Virus record (IMG/VR): IMGVR_UViG_2713896902_000005
Location: 1 to 36,473 of that record
Length of the DNA stretch: 36,473 nucleotides
Direction: 5' to 3' (one strand)
Origin: a virus
Taxonomy: Duplodnaviria; Heunggongvirae; Uroviricota; Caudoviricetes
Shown: positions 10,690-20,144 of the stretch, piece by piece
Position numbering within the stretch: position 1 is the first letter of the stretch
How the letters are laid out: the number at the start of each line of letters is the position of its first letter
Position numbers and translations under genes: made by a program
Notes under the pieces: model-generated
The model's database searches: none
Told to the model about the DNA's origin: nothing
The model's input: the letters and a program-made list of their open reading frames with translations, nothing else

Positions 10690-11074
10690 TGCTGCCTCCG
10701 TGACTCTGCCTACATTCGCCCAGCTCCGTACACTCCAGCAGCAGAAAGCGCCGCGCCCCGTTCAGATCGCGCTGACGTTTCACCCGGTACACACTGTCAC
10801 CGCAGACCACCTCATAATCAGCGGTGATCCCCCGGCGGTAACGAATGGTGATGTAATGGGTGATGGCGTCCCCGGTCTGCGCGGTTTCCTGCCAGGTGGT
10901 GGCACTGGTCTGGATAACCTTCGCCCATGTCCGGAACGTAACCGGGTATTGAGGCTCCACGCTAAAGTTATCCGCGGGCATATCCACCCGCAGGCGGATC
11001 AGGACGCGTTTATTCAGTTCACCGGGGTCCGGCAGAATGTAGGTTGCGCTGGTCTGCGCCTGACGAATTTTCAT
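10664..11074 (-). CDS. Head closure / head-tail adaptor protein
   Basis: 136 aa ORF in the head-completion block. Confidence 0.4.
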   Translation of the reverse strand: MKIRQAQTSATYILPDPGELNKRVLIRLRVDMPADNFSVEPQYPVTFRTWAKVIQTSATTWQETAQTGDAITHYITIRYRRGITADYEVVCGDSVYRVKRQRDLNGARRFLLLECTELGECRQSHGGSNGDSLFSR

Positions 11075-11394
11075 TGCGGAAAGTACCTGTACGGGCCGAC
11101 AAGCCAGCCAAAACTCTGCGGCATGTCGAGTTTCTCCACTTCCGTAACCGACGAGCGGTTTTCGTAAAAATGGCTGATAAGCATCAGCATCCCCAGACGA
11201 ATATCATCCGGCAGGTGCAGTCCGTCCGGGTCGCTGTCCGGAATGGTTTCATCCGGTGCATAGAGCTTCCGGTTCAGATACGTTTCCGTCCGCTTTTGCG
11301 CCGCACAGGCCAGCAGTTGCAGATGGCGGTCATCAGCATCGAAATCCTCATCCAGCCGGAGTTGGGCTTTAATCTCTTCCATTGTCAGAAGCAT
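11071..11394 (-). CDS. Head-tail connector protein (gp6-like)
   Basis: 107 aa ORF immediately after the capsid gene cluster. Confidence 0.5.
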   Translation of the reverse strand: MLLTMEEIKAQLRLDEDFDADDRHLQLLACAAQKRTETYLNRKLYAPDETIPDSDPDGLHLPDDIRLGMLMLISHFYENRSSVTEVEKLDMPQSFGWLVGPYRYFPQ

Positions 11395-11396
11395 AC

Positions 11397-11597
11397 TCAG
11401 CCCTCTTTACTGGTCGTGGCTTTTTTCTCTTTTGTCGCTTTACTGCTTTTTGCACTGGTTCCGCGCTCTGCTAACCCGGCCTGAAGTGCAATCTCCTGCA
11501 CCCGGGCAGGAAGCGCCCCGTCGTCATACTCACCGGCCCGAATGACCTCAACACGCATACCGTCCGGTGACCATTTCAGATCTTGTTTCAGGATCAT
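11397..11597 (-). CDS. Hypothetical small protein with Lys/Ser-rich tail
   Basis: 66 aa ORF filling the gap downstream of the major capsid gene. Confidence 0.35.
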   Translation of the reverse strand: MILKQDLKWSPDGMRVEVIRAGEYDDGALPARVQEIALQAGLAERGTSAKSSKATKEKKATTSKEG

Positions 11598-11646
11598 GAT
11601 TCTTCACCCGTCAGAACAGGGGGCGCGGTTCCGCGCCCCTGAGTGA

Positions 11647-12852
11647 TTACGCCGCTGCAATCTTCAGCAGTTTGATGGCCTGCGAATCGACCAGCATCCC
11701 GCCGGTGCGCTTGGTGGTATAAAAACCGACAAACGGTTTATTGGTGTACGGGTCACGCAGAATGCGGGTGCCGATACGGTCAACGATGGTGTAACCCCGT
11801 TTGAAGTTACCAAATGCAATGGCTTTCGCATCAGCGGCGATATCCGGCATCTGTTCGTTTTCAGCGATACCGTAACCCGCCAGAGAGGACGGCTGCCCCA
11901 GTTCCAGCCCCGGACGCCACAGATAGTTACCCTCGGTGTCTTTCAGCAGACGGATGGCAAACAGGCTGTTGTTGTTCATCATGAACTTCGCGCCAGTGCG
12001 GTGTGCCTTACGCAGCGTGTAAATCAGTTTGATAATGGCGTCTGCGGTCACCGCGGTCGCTTCGCCGGATACAATATGCTGAAGTTTGCCGAACGCCCGG
12101 ACCTTGTCGGTTTCATCAGTGGATTCATACGCCAGGAACCCTTTCGGCTTCTTGGTGCCATCGCCTGAGGTAAAGGCAATTTCTTCCTGTTCGGCAAATT
12201 CGGTTGCCAGCTCGCTGTTGATCCAGGCCTCCACGTTGAAGAAGGCATCGTCCAGCATTTTCTGGGTAGCCTGCGGGTTGCCGTAGATTTCCCCCATGAG
12301 AGGTTCAATCAGCTCCAGTCTGGAGGTGGCAGTCTGGGATCGCGTATCCGTTTCCCCCACCCATCCGGAAGCCGTACCGCCCAGATTCACCAGTTTTTTG
12401 TAGTCGGAACCGCCAACGGTGATCACCGTGGCTTCCTGACGCATCACCACTTCATCTTTCAGCAGGTTAAGAATGTTGCGATCCAGTGCTTCCGGCACGG
12501 CGTAGCCACCGTCTTCATCGGTACCCACCTGCAATGCCTTACGCTCCAGATCGCGCAGACCGTCTTCACGGCCCTTACGCAGGAAGCCCACAAACGCCTC
12601 TTTATGCTCGGTGGCCAGTTTATTTTGCGCTCCACCTGCCGGACGTTTCAGCTCAAGCAGCTCTTTTTCAAGGTCGCTTTTGAGATTTTCCAGCTCGCTG
12701 AGTTTCCCGTTCAGGGTTTCCACCTGCCCGGCAAGCTTGCCTTTTTCCTGCTCAATCGCATCCACGCGCTTGTCGTTCTTTGCTTTGAAGTCGTCAAACT
12801 TCTGCTGCAGCTCCTGCGCGACCTGTTCGACATCTTTAATATCAACCGCCAT
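11647..12852 (-). CDS. Major capsid protein, HK97 family
   Basis: 401 aa; N-terminal coiled-coil delta-like region (QELQQKFDDFKAKNDKRV...) followed by a capsid-sized domain; downstream of protease and portal. Confidence 0.85.
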   Translation of the reverse strand: MAVDIKDVEQVAQELQQKFDDFKAKNDKRVDAIEQEKGKLAGQVETLNGKLSELENLKSDLEKELLELKRPAGGAQNKLATEHKEAFVGFLRKGREDGLRDLERKALQVGTDEDGGYAVPEALDRNILNLLKDEVVMRQEATVITVGGSDYKKLVNLGGTASGWVGETDTRSQTATSRLELIEPLMGEIYGNPQATQKMLDDAFFNVEAWINSELATEFAEQEEIAFTSGDGTKKPKGFLAYESTDETDKVRAFGKLQHIVSGEATAVTADAIIKLIYTLRKAHRTGAKFMMNNNSLFAIRLLKDTEGNYLWRPGLELGQPSSLAGYGIAENEQMPDIAADAKAIAFGNFKRGYTIVDRIGTRILRDPYTNKPFVGFYTTKRTGGMLVDSQAIKLLKIAAA

Positions 12853-12866
12853 CGTATTTCTCCTGA

Positions 12867-13553
12867 TTAGAAGTTCAGATTTTTCAGTGCATTCAGTGCA
12901 GAGCCCACATCCTCAGCGTCGCGCAGGGACAGTGCGCCATAGCCCCCGGCCATGAATGCTTTGGCCTGGGAACGGGAGAGTCCGACATCACGCAGGACTC
13001 TTTCGATTTTTTTCTGTTCGGGGATTTCCCCGCGGGCCAGTGCGTTCTTGACGTCGCTGATCCGCGCTTCGTCGTTAGACGGGAACGTCACCAGACTGAC
13101 TTCCCAGAGGTCGATTTCTTTCAGCAGAAAGGCTTCTTTGCTCCGGTCATATTCCCAGTCTTTCAGGACGTACCCAATAGAAAGGCCGGTTAACGAACCG
13201 GCCTTCATGTGTGCATGTGCGCGTTTTGCCAGGGGATCATCATCAATGAGCAATCGCCCCCTGACGTAAAGCCCGACATCGTCTTCCTTCATTTCGGTGT
13301 AAACACCGATGGGCTCATCCATGCGGTGCTGCCAGAGCAGCGCAGGTAACGCTTTTCTGTCACTCCACGCCCGCAGGGAAGCAGCAAATGCCCCGGACAT
13401 CACCACATCATCGTGGCTGTCCTTTACACCAAAGACGGAGCCATACCCTTCAAACTCACCGGAGTCACTGACAGATTTCAGACTCAGCGGTACATCAAGA
13501 CGTTGTTTCGTCTGCATTGGCGTTATCCTTCTGCTTACCGGCTTTACTGCCAT
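12867..13553 (-). CDS. Prohead protease (HK97 family)
   Basis: 228 aa ORF between portal and capsid genes. Confidence 0.75.
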   Translation of the reverse strand: MAVKPVSRRITPMQTKQRLDVPLSLKSVSDSGEFEGYGSVFGVKDSHDDVVMSGAFAASLRAWSDRKALPALLWQHRMDEPIGVYTEMKEDDVGLYVRGRLLIDDDPLAKRAHAHMKAGSLTGLSIGYVLKDWEYDRSKEAFLLKEIDLWEVSLVTFPSNDEARISDVKNALARGEIPEQKKIERVLRDVGLSRSQAKAFMAGGYGALSLRDAEDVGSALNALKNLNF

Positions 13554-14736
13554 CGGAGGGTTTCGTGGTCATGTTCATCGGTGTGAGATAGACATCCCCA
13601 CCGGGACGCGGATTCATATCTTCCAGGTCGCGGCAGTCATTGGGAGAGTAAATTCCCCAGTTGATACCGGTGGCGTAGGCTTCAAAACGGGACTTCATAT
13701 CCCCGCGCAGTAACGCCCCGGCGTTAAATTTGGCGTAATAAACGCCCTGCTTACTTTTTCGTACCAGTCCGGTGTTGATCCGCTGCTCAATGCGGGTCAG
13801 ATACGGCACCAGTGAATAGTTGATAAATCCCAGCCCCAGCTCTTCGATATTGTTGAAGGTGGCGCGATCGGTGTTCTGCACCATGTGCAATGGCACCCGG
13901 AACAGACGACAGATTTCTTCAAGCTGAAACTTGCGGGTTTCCAGGAACTGGCTGTCCTCGGCGTTCAGCGCCATCGACTTCCAGTCCAGCCCCATCTCAA
14001 GGATCATCGGGCGGTGAGCATTGCCAAGCCCGGTGTGACGCTCCTCAAAATCTTTCTTCAGGCGCTCATAAGCCTGATCTGACAGCGTCTGCTCTGTACG
14101 CAACACACCCGACGTCACCGCGCCATTGCTGAACAGTCTGGCCCCGTGCTCTTCGGTCGCTGCCGCCAGCGATATTGCCTCGCGGGCATAGGCGATGGGA
14201 TTCAGCCCCACCAGTCCGTCCAGCGTCAGCGTGCGCACATGCCAGATATCCTCCTGGCTCAGTACATCCGTGGAGCCATCCGGGAATGTGACCTGATAGA
14301 CCGGCTCCCAGCTACTGTTAAGCTTCGGTACCACACAGCCGGGATCGACGGGCAGCAGTTCAGCCACTTCGCCAAATGCTTTCACTTTGTAGGCGTAAAA
14401 GTTTCCCCGCAGGCACAGACAGGTGACCACCAGCTCCCAGAACTCCTGCGGCGTCATATAGCCATTGGGATGCGTGGAGATCAGCTTATGCAGACGTTCA
14501 CCAGTGGCTCTCTGCTTCAGGCTGCCGTTCAGGTGATACAGGTTGCAGGGCAACATCCCGACCGACTCCGCCAGCACCCTGACACAGGAAAAAACCGCCG
14601 TCAGTCGCATGGCCCGCTGGCTGCTGATCTGCTTTCCGGTATAGGTGTCGTAGGACAACCCGATAGCATCCGCCAGCTCTGCTGGCGTGGTCACCGGTGC
14701 GTCACTTTTTCGTTGAAATAATCCCGAAAAGAACAC
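13495..14736 (-). CDS. Portal protein (HK97 family)
   Basis: 413 aa ORF immediately downstream of the terminase large subunit. Confidence 0.8.
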   Translation of the reverse strand: MFFSGLFQRKSDAPVTTPAELADAIGLSYDTYTGKQISSQRAMRLTAVFSCVRVLAESVGMLPCNLYHLNGSLKQRATGERLHKLISTHPNGYMTPQEFWELVVTCLCLRGNFYAYKVKAFGEVAELLPVDPGCVVPKLNSSWEPVYQVTFPDGSTDVLSQEDIWHVRTLTLDGLVGLNPIAYAREAISLAAATEEHGARLFSNGAVTSGVLRTEQTLSDQAYERLKKDFEERHTGLGNAHRPMILEMGLDWKSMALNAEDSQFLETRKFQLEEICRLFRVPLHMVQNTDRATFNNIEELGLGFINYSLVPYLTRIEQRINTGLVRKSKQGVYYAKFNAGALLRGDMKSRFEAYATGINWGIYSPNDCRDLEDMNPRPGGDVYLTPMNMTTKPSDGSKAGKQKDNANADETTS

Positions 14737-14918
14737 TATTTACCTCCGCCGACAGACGACTGTGTACGGTCGAGATATCGCGCCACCAGCCACGACCAGA
14801 ACAGGCACAACGCCCCGGCAACAACAAACCCCGCCGGGGGATAAATCAGCCAGGCACCATACGCCAGCAAAAGCGCCCCCAGCACGCCCACCAGAGGCGC
14901 GAGAATCAGCATGATCAT
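14736..14918 (-). CDS. Small membrane protein (two predicted transmembrane segments)
   Basis: 60 aa hydrophobic ORF fitting exactly between terL and portal. Confidence 0.35.
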
Positions 14919-14929
14919 AATTACCTCAG

Positions 14930-16663
14930 TTAAAGCGAGCGGATCCCATAGGACTCAATGTGGTCAGACAGCGTGTCTTCTTTCTCGTACAGCATGGCTC
15001 TGCCAACCGCCATAATCAGCGCAACTGCACCATCGATTTTGTTTTCCGCCTGCTCTTTGACGGGCTTCACCACATCATCGTTACCCGGAATGGTTTTGCC
15101 GACCACGTTACCGATACACCAGGTCATGATGGGATTGCCATCATGATGAAAGCGCCCCGATTCAATTGCCGCTTCCAGCTCTTTCATCGGGTCGGACATG
15201 TTGGTGTAGTTCTGAATGATAGTGATGGGGTTCAGGTCTTCATCAGCAAGGTCATGTGACAACCCGGTCGCCCCGAAGGGGTCGATGGGTGACTCACTGA
15301 CCGGGCTGATTTTGTTCGCCGCTTTGGCCTCCTCGAGGATGTAGCGATAATCCACCTCCGCACCATCGGTAACGGTCAGAACGCCCATTTCCACCCATTT
15401 CTGAAAGCGTTCGGCTGTCCGTCGATCTTCATTTTTCTCGACGCTGTACACCGTGTCATACGGTACCCAGAAACGCGGGGCCACACTGTAGTAATGCGTT
15501 TTACCGTCAATCTCGCGGGTATAAAGTCGCGCCATGCTGTTCATATCCAGCTTACGCGCCAGGTCAAAGGCCAGAATGCACGGCTGCCCCTCGAACTGCT
15601 CAAGGGTCAGTGATTTATCCTCGCAGCTCTGCCAGCTCACCAGGTTGAAATACGCCGAACGCGCCGACACCCAGATATTGAGGTGTTTTGTTTTAAAGAC
15701 GTTTGCCAGACGGGCGTTATTTTTCGCACGCTGTTGCTGACTTAACAAAAACTCACGGTAAACCGACACCCCGATATTCGGGTTGGCTTTTTCCAGCACC
15801 TGTGGGTTGGTCCAGTCGTCACCTTCGTCAACGGTATAGATGATCCCGAACAGTTCATCGTTAGGCACCGAGCCGTTGAGCATCTCGATGACTTCCCGCC
15901 GCTTGTCGTAGCACGGCCCCTCAATGTTGTACCCGGCGGTGGTGATGGCCCACATCAGTGGCTGACGTCGCGCCCCCATCCCGGTAAGCATTGTGGTATA
16001 AAGCGCATCGGTGGCATGCTCGTGATATTCATCAACCACGGCACAGTGGGGTGATGAACCATCACCGGGGTTGCCGATCAGCGGTTCAAACCGCGCGCCA
16101 TCCTCCGGACGGTTCATGTTTGAGGCGTTAACCTCAATCCCGAACGCTTCCGTCAGCATGGGTGTGCGTTTACACATCAGTCGTGCCGGACGAAAGACTT
16201 CCCATGCCTGTTTCTCCGTCGTGGCACCGGAATACACTTCCGCGCCGAACTCGTTATCACAGGCAAAACAATACAGGGCAACACCGGCAGAGATTGCCGA
16301 TTTGCCGTTCTTACGGGGGATTTCGGTATACACCTCCCGGAAGCGGCGCAGCCGGGACCCTTTATTGACCCAGCCAAACGCACAGCAGACCACAAATAGC
16401 TGCCACGGCTCCAGCGTGATGGGCATCCTCTTGAATGCCCACTCACCCTTGGTGTGCGGCAACAGCTGAATAAATTTGGCGGCCCGTTCAGCCAGGTCCT
16501 TGTCGAAGCGGTAACGAAACGACTTACTTTTTTCCGCCATCAGGTCATCAAGATGGCGCTGGCAGGCCTGAATCACAAACTGGCAGGCCACAATCTTTCC
16601 GCGCACGACATCACGGGCATACTGATTGGCAGCATTTACGTTGGGGTAAGATTTCCGGCTCAT
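14930..16663 (-). CDS. terL: Terminase large subunit
   Basis: 577 aa; ATPase and nuclease regions of typical size; downstream of the small subunit with 4-bp overlap. Confidence 0.85.
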
Positions 16664-17163
16664 GACTCGATGATTTTCAGAAACGGGTTAGTGGCTTTCT
16701 TCTGCCCCGCCAGGCCAATCAGACGCTGGCGGCTGCTGGGGTCGAGTCCGAGCATTGCCCCCGTGCTGCTCATCTCGGACTCCTGTTCTTTTTTGGCGGT
16801 CAGCTCCGGATTTTTGACCCTGCCGCCCATTGCACCGGTGATGGTGTTGCCCTGTATGGCAATATTTTTCACGGCACGTCGCCAGAACTCATAGGCCACG
16901 CACCACCGCTCAAGCACCGCGAGGTCAGTCACGCACAACAGGCCCTGACCGCAGAGTTCTTTGGTTGTCAGTTGCCACATGATCGTGGCGAGAGGGAGAT
17001 CTTCTTCAGCGAACCACTCTGGTGGCTCAACACCTTTGATGGGCGTAAAAACAGGTTCATCTTTGTTCAGGGCTCGCTTGCCGGGGTTTCCGGCCAGCGC
17101 CTTGCGCGCCGTTGGCTTGGGGCGACGCCCGGAACGCCCCGCCGTTCCAGCCATATGCGGCAC
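16660..17163 (-). CDS. terS: Terminase small subunit (P27 family)
   Basis: 167 aa, basic N-terminus; immediately upstream of terL. Confidence 0.7.
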   Translation of the reverse strand: MPHMAGTAGRSGRRPKPTARKALAGNPGKRALNKDEPVFTPIKGVEPPEWFAEEDLPLATIMWQLTTKELCGQGLLCVTDLAVLERWCVAYEFWRRAVKNIAIQGNTITGAMGGRVKNPELTAKKEQESEMSSTGAMLGLDPSSRQRLIGLAGQKKATNPFLKIIES

Positions 17164-17279
17164 TCCTGGTTAAATTTCATTTTTCGCGGGTATAAAAAAA
17201 CGATGGGGCGGGCAGTCCGGAAGACGTCAGGTCACAGAGATTTGACCCGCCCCTCCCCTCAGACAGTTGAGAGTTATTA
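17164..17279. other. Candidate cos / packaging recognition region
   Basis: Intergenic between HNH and terS; nested inverted repeats GGGGCGGG (17205-17212) / CCCGCCCC (17246-17253), GGTCA/TGACC and a GACGTC palindrome. Confidence 0.35.
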
Positions 17280-17630
17280 TCACTTAAGCCGTTCACGGGC
17301 CGTCTTCGCCTTATGGCACGGCCAGCACAGACTCTGCAGATTACTGTCGGCATCAGTGCCGCCATGTGCTTTAGGGATGATGTGGTCAACGGTTTTCGCT
17401 TCACGCGCCACACCAGCACGCAGACATAACTGACAAAGGCCTTTGTCACGTTGCAGCACACGCACGCGAATAACATCCCACTTAGAACCATAACCGCGCT
17501 GATGACGGGATTGTCCTGGCTTGTATTGCTTCCAGCCCTCGCTTTTGTGGCTTTCGCAGTAGCCTGACGGGTCTGTGGTGGTATGGCGGCAGCCACGAAC
17601 GCGGCAGGCTTTTGGGGTTCGTGGGGGCAT
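17280..17630 (-). CDS. HNH endonuclease (packaging-associated)
   Basis: 116 aa; motif HIIPKAHGGTDADSNLQSLCWPCH plus N-terminal Cys/His cluster; directly upstream of terS. Confidence 0.8.
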   Translation of the reverse strand: MPPRTPKACRVRGCRHTTTDPSGYCESHKSEGWKQYKPGQSRHQRGYGSKWDVIRVRVLQRDKGLCQLCLRAGVAREAKTVDHIIPKAHGGTDADSNLQSLCWPCHKAKTARERLK

Positions 17631-17654
17631 TGGACACTATCGTTGCTTATGTTT

Positions 17655-17682
17655 ATAAAAAAAGCCCTGCTTACGCAGGGCA
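17655..17682 (-). terminator. Rho-independent terminator
   Basis: Minus-strand RNA GCCCUGC-GUAA-GCAGGGC followed by a 7-U run. Confidence 0.65.
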
Positions 17683-17709
17683 TAAAAACTCAATATTGAT
17701 ACTATGAAT

Positions 17710-17940
17710 CTATTCCAAATCCCAACGTGGAATATTTATTATCTTACCAGGAGTTAAGGAAAATTTGGCTTTCTTCAATATCTCAACATTAGCATCATCA
17801 GGAATCACTAAGAAGTACGAATAGTGCATTTCTCCAGAATTCCCATGATTCTCCTGAATATCATCTTCGCTAACTCCCGACGCTTCAAGCTCATCAACTG
17901 TGAGTCCTAAATAATCAGCTAGCTTTTGTATATCAATCAT
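17710..17940 (-). CDS. Hypothetical small acidic protein (AT-rich moron)
   Basis: 76 aa ORF in a low-GC island between the lysis and packaging modules. Confidence 0.4.
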   Translation of the reverse strand: MIDIQKLADYLGLTVDELEASGVSEDDIQENHGNSGEMHYSYFLVIPDDANVEILKKAKFSLTPGKIINIPRWDLE

Positions 17941-18239
17941 TAATCACCTCACATATCAACGATGAGGCATCATCATCACACACTCTAGCAAAAGCTTCAA
18001 CTTATTGTTATTATTAAAATAATTCTATACAAATTACATCTAATGTATATCCTATGATACGATAGATGCGAATATTAATGACAAACAACCATCGTATTTC
18101 TCTGAAAAATGGCAAGTATCACTCATTATTCCCCATGCATCTATGTACTCTGTTCATGGTCAAGCCATAACTATATTTAATGCAAGAATACGGAAAGTTA
18201 AACAAATAAACGTTGATACACTAACATTCCACAAACTAG

Positions 18240-18533
18240 TTATACTAATGAAGTAGGCAATTCTTCCTCTGAAATTCCCAATACTCTCCTATCGGCCCGC
18301 AATTTTGCTATAGCGCACACTTCACTATAAGATGGTGCGGAGTTCTCAGGATAAAGTACATACTCAAAATGCGGCGGAGGATTGAATATTAAAACTGAAT
18401 ACCCAGCTTCTTGAAGGATATTTTGGACGATTGAATAATAAGGTCTACGCTCATCAAACCAATAACATCCATTCCTTTCTATTGACACGATTGCTTTTTT
18501 TGCGTGCTTCTTATAAACCCATGCCTTATCCAT
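18240..18533 (-). CDS. Hypothetical protein (AT-rich moron)
   Basis: 97 aa ORF in the same low-GC island. Confidence 0.4.
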   Translation of the reverse strand: MDKAWVYKKHAKKAIVSIERNGCYWFDERRPYYSIVQNILQEAGYSVLIFNPPPHFEYVLYPENSAPSYSEVCAIAKLRADRRVLGISEEELPTSLV

Positions 18534-18681
18534 ATCCTGTCAAAAATCTCTCTACGTAATTGAACAATAACACTACGTAGTAGTCATACACCAGAATATC
18601 TAACATATCAATCCAGCAACATTTAATTATTTTAACTTAATATGAAAAAGTCTTCAGTGATTATAATTTCACACCTATATA

Positions 18682-18972
18682 TCAATTCAGTAACTTTTCA
18701 GAGCCTGTGGCCAGTCTTTGGACACGCTGTTGTTGGACAATAGCTCGAATATGAGACTTGTCCGTATTACATTGCCCTAATGCAGATAACAAGCTCGCAT
18801 TTAAGTTGAGACTTGCACCATACGTCAGAGGGTCTGGTATGAGCGGTATAGGTGTTTCAGAAATCAAACTAGTTGGTAGTGGTGTAACCGGAGTGCTCAC
18901 GTAAACTGTCCGCGTACTTCCGCAACCGATCAGCAGCGGCAGCAGGCACAGGACGTGAAGCACAATCATCAT
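18682..18972 (-). CDS. Rz1: o-spanin Rz1-like lipoprotein, from an internal start of the 18682-19140 ORF
   Basis: Internal ATG at 18972 gives MMIVLHVLCLLPLLIGCGS... with lipobox LIGC; begins inside Rz in another frame and extends past the Rz stop. Confidence 0.5.
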   Translation of the reverse strand: MMIVLHVLCLLPLLIGCGSTRTVYVSTPVTPLPTSLISETPIPLIPDPLTYGASLNLNASLLSALGQCNTDKSHIRAIVQQQRVQRLATGSEKLLN

Positions 18973-19249
18973 CCGCAATAGCCATTTTGATATCTTCCTG
19001 GGTTCTCTGTGACTCCAGTGCGATCTGCTGTTTTGCATGCTGGTTAGCCTCCAGAACTGTATTGAAGATTTGTAGTGATTGCAGGACGTTATTGGTAATG
19101 GCTGTTGCTGATTCAGCATTTCGTACAGCCTCATCAGCACGTTTCTTTTCGTGCTGATATTTGCTGTAGTAGTGGTTGGCAGACCAGATGAAAGAACCGA
19201 TGACAGTAAAGATGAATGCAGAGATAGCCAGCTTATAGCTCAACTTCAT
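18869..19249 (-). CDS. Rz: i-spanin Rz-like
   Basis: 126 aa; N-terminal transmembrane helix then charged helical region; directly downstream of the endolysin. Confidence 0.6.
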   Translation of the reverse strand: MKLSYKLAISAFIFTVIGSFIWSANHYYSKYQHEKKRADEAVRNAESATAITNNVLQSLQIFNTVLEANQHAKQQIALESQRTQEDIKMAIADDDCASRPVPAAAADRLRKYADSLREHSGYTTTN

Positions 19250-19709
19250 TTACCACCCCACCAGCCTCTTTAAACCGGGAAATCAGGTCACCGATTTTAT
19301 GTTCATACTGACCGTAACCTGCACCAGGTAACGACGCCCAGATATTGCTGCAACGATCGATAGCCTGACGAATATCGCCGCGATCAATCATCGGTAAAGC
19401 GCCACGCTCTTTAATCTGCTGCAATGCCACAGCATCCTGGTTTTTGGGAGAGAAGTCTTTCAGAGCAAGCTGCTTACGGTAGGCATCCCACCAGCGTGAA
19501 AGAAGCTGATAACGTCCGGCGGCTGTTGATTTGAGTTTGGGGTTTAGCGTGACAAGTTTGCGAGGGTGATCAGAGTAATCAGTAAACAGTTCACCGCCAA
19601 CAATAACATCATAACCGTGATTACGTGTCGGTTGTCGCCCGTTATCCGTTCCTTCTGACCATGCCACCATATCGAGGAAAGCTTTACGCTGGGAATTTAG
19701 TACCTGCAT
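19233..19709 (-). CDS. R: Endolysin, lambda R-like lytic transglycosylase
   Basis: 158 aa; near-identical along its length to lambda R as recalled (QRKAFLDMVAWSEGTDNGRQ...DRGDIRQAIDRCSNIWASLPGAGYGQ). Confidence 0.9.
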   Translation of the reverse strand: MQVLNSQRKAFLDMVAWSEGTDNGRQPTRNHGYDVIVGGELFTDYSDHPRKLVTLNPKLKSTAAGRYQLLSRWWDAYRKQLALKDFSPKNQDAVALQQIKERGALPMIDRGDIRQAIDRCSNIWASLPGAGYGQYEHKIGDLISRFKEAGGVVNEVEL

Positions 19710-19712
19710 AAA

Positions 19713-20048
19713 TTACTCCTTAGAGCCACTAAACTTATTACCGATTACTCGCATTGCAGCTCCACGAATGGCATCAACACCGATCAGCCCAACGCCACCA
19801 CCAATGGCAACAGAAAGCGATTTAGGCCATCCGACATACTCAAGCGCGGATGCAAAAGTCAGCGTCAGAGCACCACAGAGCAAAATCTCGAGCGTTTTTC
19901 GCTTCCAGCCACCACCTCCGCCAAAATAGGCGATACGCAAACCAGCCATAACGATCGACATAATCACTGCCCCCAGCGGGGTGTCTCCACGCCACCAGCT
20001 CTGGAACAACTCCAGCCAGTCCGGCCAAGTATTTGGGTTATGAGGCAT
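19713..20048 (-). CDS. Holin
   Basis: 111 aa with hydrophobic segments and charged C-terminus, immediately upstream of the endolysin. Confidence 0.6.
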   Translation of the reverse strand: MPHNPNTWPDWLELFQSWWRGDTPLGAVIMSIVMAGLRIAYFGGGGGWKRKTLEILLCGALTLTFASALEYVGWPKSLSVAIGGGVGLIGVDAIRGAAMRVIGNKFSGSKE

Positions 20049-20093
20049 TTGTAGTTATCTCTCACCTGCGATTATTTGCGGGTGCTGTGTTGG

Positions 20094-20121
20094 AAATAAA
20101 AAGGCCACCCGAAGGCAGCCT
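20094..20121 (-). terminator. Rho-independent terminator downstream of the NTPase gene
   Basis: Minus-strand RNA AGGCUGCC-UUCG-GGUGGCCU (8 bp including 2 G-U pairs) followed by UUUUAUUU. Confidence 0.5.
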
Positions 20122-20144
20122 GATTTAATTATTCACATTAATCG

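Noticed and set aside
115-16894. Numerous plus-strand ORFs (e.g. 115-513, 660-893, 4127-4624, 8240-8656, 9650-10240, 12611-12955, 14146-14721, 16454-16894) across the structural region
   Set aside because: Each lies antisense to a longer, well-supported minus-strand phage gene in a GC-rich region and has biased low-complexity composition; treated as shadow ORFs.
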